DNA of 52,233 bases, from assembly GCA_029210695.1 (NCBI GenBank), contig JARGFH010000024.1, forward strand, positions 1-52,233. The letters are read 5' to 3'. The position numbers and the translations under genes were made by a program. This DNA is from Acidimicrobiia bacterium. Lineage in GTDB: Bacteria; Actinomycetota; Acidimicrobiia; Spongiisociales; JAHEDJ01. Within the stretch, counting starts at the first letter, position 1, and each line of letters starts with the position of its first letter. The notes below the pieces were generated by a model. It was not told where the DNA came from. It searched no databases and was given only the letters and a program-made list of their open reading frames with translations. Shown one piece after another: positions 47,498-52,233 of this stretch.

Positions 47498-47587
47498 CCC
47501 TTGATCGGCGGATCTATCGATGGATCAGGTCGCCGGCCGGCTGCTGAGGTCGGGATTGCGGTTCGTGACTGGCTTTGACGGCGTTGG

Positions 47588-48151
47588 TCAAGGCGCCTCT
47601 AGGAAGTTCTGAAGCAGTTTCTTGCCCTCGGTGGTCAGCACGCTTTCGGGGTGGAACTGCACCCCGCTCATCGGGAGCAGGCGGTGGCGAATGCCCTGGA
47701 TCACATCGTCCTCGCTCCAGGCGCAGGCTTCCAGCTCATCCGGCAACTCGACTGCGGCCAGTGAGTGATAGCGGGTAGCGGTGAACGGCATCTGGAGGCC
47801 GGTGAACACGCCTTTCCCATCATGACGGATCTGCGACGTTTTGCCGTGTTTCGGCTCGGGAGCGAGATCAACCCGTCCTCCGAACGCGGCGACGATGGCC
47901 TGGTGGCCGAGGCACACTCCAAGGCTCGGCATCTCGGTGCCGAGTGTCTGCAGGAATTCGATCGACGCGCCGGCGTTCTCCGGGCGGCCGGGGCCGGGCG
48001 AGACCACGAGACGATCCGGCTTCAAGGCGCTGGCCTCCGCCGGACTCACTTCATCGTTGCGCACAACCACGGGCTCCGCGCCGAGTTCCCCCAGATACTG
48101 CACCAGGTTGTAGGTGAAGGAGTCATAGTTGTCGACGACGAGAATCCGCAT
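47588..48151 (-). CDS. pabA: Aminodeoxychorismate/anthranilate synthase component II
   Basis: DNYDSFTYNL, SPGPG, GVCLGHQ, RYHSL, QFHPES. Confidence 0.92.
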   Translation of the reverse strand: MRILVVDNYDSFTYNLVQYLGELGAEPVVVRNDEVSPAEASALKPDRLVVSPGPGRPENAGASIEFLQTLGTEMPSLGVCLGHQAIVAAFGGRVDLAPEPKHGKTSQIRHDGKGVFTGLQMPFTATRYHSLAAVELPDELEACAWSEDDVIQGIRHRLLPMSGVQFHPESVLTTEGKKLLQNFLEAP

Positions 48152-48208
48152 CGATGCGAGCATACCGTTGAGTGGTCGCGCAGATGGAGCCGACTACGCT
48201 ATACCGCC

Positions 48209-48445
48209 ATGCCGGAATCAAAGCGACGGAAACCGAAATACGACGGGCCGACTCAGTCCAAGAAACCGAAGGAAGTCAACCGGGCGCCGTCTCCCACGTG
48301 GTACGTCGTGCTGATGTTCGCCATGATGGCGCTGGGGGTGGCGCTCGTGCTGCTCCGGTATTTCCTCAGTTGGGACAACATCGTGCTGATAGTCGGCCTT
48401 GGCTTCATCGCCGGTGGGTTCCTGATGACGACGAGTTATCGATAG
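48209..48445 (+). CDS. crgA: Cell division protein CrgA
   Basis: MPESKRRK...PSPTWY, two TM segments, GFLMTT..R; syntenic position. Confidence 0.88.
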   Translation: MPESKRRKPKYDGPTQSKKPKEVNRAPSPTWYVVLMFAMMALGVALVLLRYFLSWDNIVLIVGLGFIAGGFLMTTSYR

Positions 48446-48497
48446 CAGCGGGCGATGGAGGTCGGTCAGACCCGGAGCCCGGAACTACATCGGTGTT

Positions 48498-48530
48498 GTT
48501 ATCACCAGAATTGTCCACAGCCTGTGGGTT
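48498..48530. promoter_or_regulatory. DnaA box(es) downstream of crgA
   Basis: TTGTCCACA at 48511-48519 flanked by weaker TTATCACCA and TGTGGGTTA. Confidence 0.5.
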
Positions 48531-48768
48531 ACTGAGCAGGGACCTCGTCCATCTCCTCACGGCAGTGTTTCGGCGGCGCCGCTTCGCTGGTGGAAACCGC
48601 CGTCATCGTGACCTCCGTTCCGCACAGTGAGCACCGGTATTTGACATCGGTCGCCACGATATCGTCCGGGTCGACCTCCGGCGGTGCCTGAGCAAGCATA
48701 CGTATCACCCACATCGCCACCATCCAGATGGTCACACCGATCACAACGGCAACGAAGTACTTCAGCAC
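48529..48768 (-). CDS. Small membrane-anchored zinc-ribbon protein
   Basis: N-terminal TM; YRCSLCGTE...PKHCREEM. Confidence 0.75.
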   Translation of the reverse strand: MLKYFVAVVIGVTIWMVAMWVIRMLAQAPPEVDPDDIVATDVKYRCSLCGTEVTMTAVSTSEAAPPKHCREEMDEVPAQ

Positions 48769-48826
48769 CGGCGGGCTCCAGGTTCTGTGTTGCAGGTTAT
48801 GGCCGTCGGGGCGCGGCGATCGGGCT

Positions 48827-49987
48827 TCAGATCAACTCCAGGATTGTGGCGTTGGCCATGCCTCCACCCTCGCACATCACCTGCAAGCCGTATCGACTAC
48901 CTATGCGCTCCATCTCATGCACAAGGGTCGTCATGAGCCGGGCTCCCGACGCACCCAACGGGTGTCCCAGCGCCACGGCACCGCCGTTGACGTTCGTGCG
49001 GTTCCATAGAGACTCGGAGTCACCGTGGCCGTGCTCGTGACGCCAGGCGGCAATAACCGTTGCGAAGGCCTCGTTGACCTCGAAGAGCCCGATCTCATCG
49101 ATGGTCATGCCCGCTCTCTCGAGCACCTTGCTTGTGGCAGGGATCGGGGCGGACAACATGATGACCGGGTCGGCCGCCACCACCGCGAATGAAACGAATC
49201 TCGCCATCGGCTCCAGACCCAGGTCTTCGGCTGTGTCCTCACCCATGATGAGAAGGGCGGCTGCGCCGTCCGAGATCTGAGATGAGTTGCCCGCCGTGAC
49301 CACCCCGTCCTCTTTGAAGGCCGGTTTGAGCGTTCCCAGTTTCTCGAGCGACGTATCCCACCGGATCCCCCCGTCCCGACTGACGGCCCCTTCGGATGTC
49401 TCGATCGGAACGATCTGCCGGGCGAAGCGACCTTCCTGAGTTGCTACAGCCGCCCGCTGGTGAGAGTCGAGTGAGATCTGATCGACTTCCTCGCGTTTGA
49501 TCCCCCACCGGTCGGCGATCATCTCGGCAGACAGACCCTGCGGCACCAGACGGTGGTCGTACCGGTCGCTCATCCGCGGGCCGAATGGGACACCAGGACC
49601 TTGTGCGTTCGATCCCATCGGGACCCTGGTCATCGATTCGATACCTGCCGCTACCACGACGTCGTAGGCGCCGGCCATCACTCCTTGCGCAGCGAAGTGG
49701 ACCGCCTGTTGTGACGACCCGCACTGCCGGTCGATAGTTACGCCCGGAACCTCTTCCGGATACCCGGCCGCCAGGGTGGCGTTTCGAGCGATGTTGATGC
49801 CTTGCTCGCCCGTTTGTGTGACGCAACCCATAATTACATCGTCGACACGTCCGGGATCGAGGTCACTCCGCGCAACGACGGCCTTCAGGGTCTCTGAGGC
49901 AAGGTCGACTGCATGCCAGTCCTTCAAGAACCCCCCGCGTTTCCCTACCGGGGTACGCACCGCATCGACGATCACCGCGTTCCTCAT
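48827..49987 (-). CDS. Acetyl-CoA C-acyltransferase (thiolase)
   Basis: DAVRTP, RQCGSS, NEAFA, GGAVALGHPLGASG, CEGGG. Confidence 0.95.
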   Translation of the reverse strand: MRNAVIVDAVRTPVGKRGGFLKDWHAVDLASETLKAVVARSDLDPGRVDDVIMGCVTQTGEQGINIARNATLAAGYPEEVPGVTIDRQCGSSQQAVHFAAQGVMAGAYDVVVAAGIESMTRVPMGSNAQGPGVPFGPRMSDRYDHRLVPQGLSAEMIADRWGIKREEVDQISLDSHQRAAVATQEGRFARQIVPIETSEGAVSRDGGIRWDTSLEKLGTLKPAFKEDGVVTAGNSSQISDGAAALLIMGEDTAEDLGLEPMARFVSFAVVAADPVIMLSAPIPATSKVLERAGMTIDEIGLFEVNEAFATVIAAWRHEHGHGDSESLWNRTNVNGGAVALGHPLGASGARLMTTLVHEMERIGSRYGLQVMCEGGGMANATILELI

Positions 49988-50098
49988 GAGACTCCTTCGC
50001 TCCGACGTGTTCCCCATCGTACGCCGGGGTACGAGGCGGGCGAAGCGCAGGACCCGTCTGGCATCATTGCCGGTGCGACGTATCATGGTGGTGCCATT

Positions 50099-50171
50099 GG
50101 GGATGTAGCTCAGTTGGCAGAGCACCTGCTTTGCAAGCAGGGGGTCGTCGGTTCAAGTCCGATCATCTCCA
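50099..50171 (+). tRNA. tRNA-Ala(TGC)
   Basis: GGGGATGTAGCTCAG...TT-TGC-AA...CATCTCCA. Confidence 0.96.
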
Positions 50172-50232
50172 CGACGAGGGCGGATAGCCCGGGTGTGCCG
50201 TATATGGCAGCTGGTAACATCCAATCCCTCAT

Positions 50233-50310
50233 GGGCCCATAGCTCAGCCTGGTTAGAGCGCATCCCTGATAAGGATGAGGCCCCTGGTTCAAGTCCAGGT
50301 GGGCCCACCA
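50233..50310 (+). tRNA. tRNA-Ile(GAT)
   Basis: GGGCCCATAGCTCAG...CT-GAT-AA...TGGGCCCACCA. Confidence 0.97.
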
Positions 50311-50312
50311 AC

Positions 50313-50336
50313 AAACCCCCTCGTCAGAGGGGGTTT
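50313..50336. terminator. Bidirectional terminator hairpin
   Basis: AAACCCCCTC-GTCA-GAGGGGGTTT. Confidence 0.75.
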
Positions 50337-50340
50337 CTCT

Positions 50341-51110
50341 TCATTCGGACGACAGGGCAATGACCGGGGCATCCTCTCGCGTGCACATCGCGTGCACATC
50401 AGCGGCAGCAAAGGTCGCTTCGAGACGGTCCGCAGCGGCCTCGTCGAGGCCCTCGAAGAGATGACCGTAGGTGTCGAGTGTGGTTTTGATCGAGGCGTGT
50501 CCGAGCCGCTCCTGGATGTCTTTCGGATGTTCGCCCTGGGCAATCAGGAGCGCAGCATGCGAATGCCGCAGATCGTGGAATGTGCACGGACGACCGACGG
50601 ATTTCTCCACCGCAGGCAGCCAGATCCGCCTGCGGAAGTTGTTCCGGCGAATCGGCCCGCCGCTTGGGGCCGAGAAAACGAGGTCCGAGCCGTCGCCGTA
50701 CATCGTCAGATGCGCAGCCAGAACGTCGACGAGGAAGGGTGGCACGCGGACGGTGCGGCGCGAGGCCTCCGATTTCGGTTCCTCGAAGTAGAACTGGCCT
50801 CTGCTTCCACGAGAGAGGCAGCCACCCGGATGGTGCGCCGGAGGGCATTGATTCGATCCACCCGGAGCGCTCGTAATTCGCTGAAGCGGAGCCCGGTGTA
50901 GGCAGCTGCGAGGACCATGGCCGAGTACCGGGAGTCGATAGCGTCGGCCAGGAGGTTGATCTCAGCAGCGTCCAGGAATCGGATCTCAGCTGTGGTCTCG
51001 AGCTTTGGCAGCTTCACACCTCGACACGGCGAGCGTCCGATGAGCCCGGACTCCACAGCAGCATCGAGCGCCGCGGCCAGCAGTTGATATGACTTGCGCA
51101 CCGTTGCCCC
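50341..51110 (-). pseudogene. Tyrosine integrase, 5'-truncated and frameshifted (near 50795), next to tRNA-Ile
   Basis: YTGLRFSEL in one frame; FHDLRH, RLGH, DTYGHL in another; no N-terminus. Confidence 0.85.
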
Positions 51111-51223
51111 AGACACGAATCGACAGCGGACATGCCCATTCGCGTACAAGACCCTGTCAATCCCACCCGAAGGTAAACCACTGACAAGTTGCCTCCGGTA
51201 TACCCGTCTACTCGGGAGGTGAA

Positions 51224-51673
51224 GTGATGGCACTGGAACGGGGAGTACTGGCCAAGATTGATCGTCGGGTCCTCTCCGAGTTGGATCATGGTCGGGGTGT
51301 CCAGTTGGTGAAGGTTCCGCTGTCGGAGGCGGTCTGGTCGACCTGGCGACGCTACTGCCAAGCGCTCGGTCTTGCCATGGGACAGGGCATCGCCGGCCTG
51401 ATCACCTACGAACTCGGCCAACTCGTGAACAACGACCAGCATCAGGGGACGGTCTTCGCTCCAGAGCTGCAGCGCCAGCTCATGGCCAGGTCGGAGGCCC
51501 TCGACGCCCGGGAACGCAGTCTCGACGAGCGTGAGCGGTCGCTGAGGGCATCACAGCGACTGCTACGGGCCAGAACCATCCCACTGGACCGGGCAGATCA
51601 TTCGAAGGTTGGTCGGAACGACCCCTGCCCGTGCGGATCGGGCTCCAAGTACAAGCGGTGCCACGGCAACTGA
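51224..51673 (+). CDS. SEC-C motif protein with coiled coil
   Basis: GGAGG RBS; C-terminal [21 protein letters not shown]. Confidence 0.8.
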   Translation: MMALERGVLAKIDRRVLSELDHGRGVQLVKVPLSEAVWSTWRRYCQALGLAMGQGIAGLITYELGQLVNNDQHQGTVFAPELQRQLMARSEALDARERSLDERERSLRASQRLLRARTIPLDRADHSKVGRNDPCPCGSGSKYKRCHGN

Positions 51674-51700
51674 TGGCTACCGAAAGTGAGTTACGGATGT

Positions 51701-51724
51701 GTCCGGGATTGCCGGATCCCGGAC
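51701..51724. terminator. Hairpin
   Basis: GTCCGGGAT-TGCCGG-ATCCCGGAC. Confidence 0.45.
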
Positions 51725-51771
51725 GCCGGTGGGTGCGCGATAACGCGCTGGGTGGTAGGTGATCTGATTCC

Positions 51772-52157
51772 CTAAGTCGATATTGGTGTCAAGTCGGGTT
51801 TGACGTGCGATGGGGCGGCGGGGATGCTTGATGGTAGGGAGGGTCGCCTCGGTTGGCGCTGTGAGCGTTGTGATGCATGCCCGTCGAGGGCTTGTTGAGG
51901 GGCCCTCCCTTTGGTCTTTTTGGAGCGGCGCCGGCGGCGGATGTCCTCGGGAACGGTGTAGCGCTCGGCGATGATGGTCTTGGCCTGCTCAGGGGTGACC
52001 GGGGTGTCGTCGATGTCGCGGAGCTGGTAGGCGGTGCCACGGTGGAGCACCCTCCAGCCACGTTCGGCGAGTTTGGCCGCGACCACACAGCAGGCTTTGG
52101 TGTGAGCGGCGCCCTTGTTGACCATCTGGTCGTAATAGACGGCGGCGAGCTGGGGGT
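51772..52157 (-). pseudogene. IS110-family transposase C-terminal fragment
   Basis: PQLAAVYYDQMVNKGAAHTKACCVVAAKLAERGW.V...G..YQLRD; cut at 52157 by another IS. Confidence 0.75.
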
Positions 52158-52233
52158 TGAGTCGCCCTGGGTTTGATGGAGACCGTTTTGTTTGGTTTCC
52201 TTGCTTACCCTGTGGTGGCTAGTTGAGCGTAGT
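52158..52233. mobile_element. IS3-family (IS6110/IS51-like) terminal inverted repeat and end
   Basis: TGAGTCGCCCTGGGTTTGATGGAGAC resembles the IS6110-type IR (TGAACCGCCCCGG...GGAGAC). Confidence 0.65.

Overview
High-GC Actinomycetota DNA (Acidimicrobiia-like; this is an inference from gene content), probably near the origin, bounded by IS termini at both ends (IS21-like left, IS3-like right). 1-9.8 kb is an accessory island built around a MerR divergon. One arm carries merR-prfC-small Zn protein-SRPBCC-small Zn proteins. The other carries DUF2795-ADP-ribosylglycohydrolase-NDT-like-DUF3524/GT4 glycosyltransferase-RNase J. An MFS gene, an integrase remnant and a tRNA-fMet 3' att fragment follow. 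9.8-25.7 kb is an integrative mobilizable element (MOBF relaxase-helicase, excisionase, XRE regulator, deleted integrase). Its defence-type cargo is DUF488 x2 + dual-OB, a PIN/DUF433 TA pair, and a type I R-M locus whose HsdR carries a C-terminal Schlafen/AlbA_2 domain, with Fic and pRiA4b-ORF3 genes between hsdS and hsdR. 25.7-27 kb is an intact integrase beside tRNA-Arg(ACG). 27-40 kb holds two DUF885 genes, four tRNA-Ser genes, an islet with a membrane-protein gene split by an in-frame UGA plus a downstream hairpin (candidate selenoprotein/readthrough), arcA, tadA, a large Alu-containing SRP RNA, a menG-like gene and serS. 41-50 kb is the conserved fhaA-fhaB-pstP-rodA-pbpA-pknB / pabA / crgA cluster, a thiolase, tRNA-Ala and tRNA-Ile. 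The window ends with a decayed integrase, a SEC-C protein and an IS110 fragment interrupted by an IS3-family element. All family assignments are by motif recognition; no searches were run.
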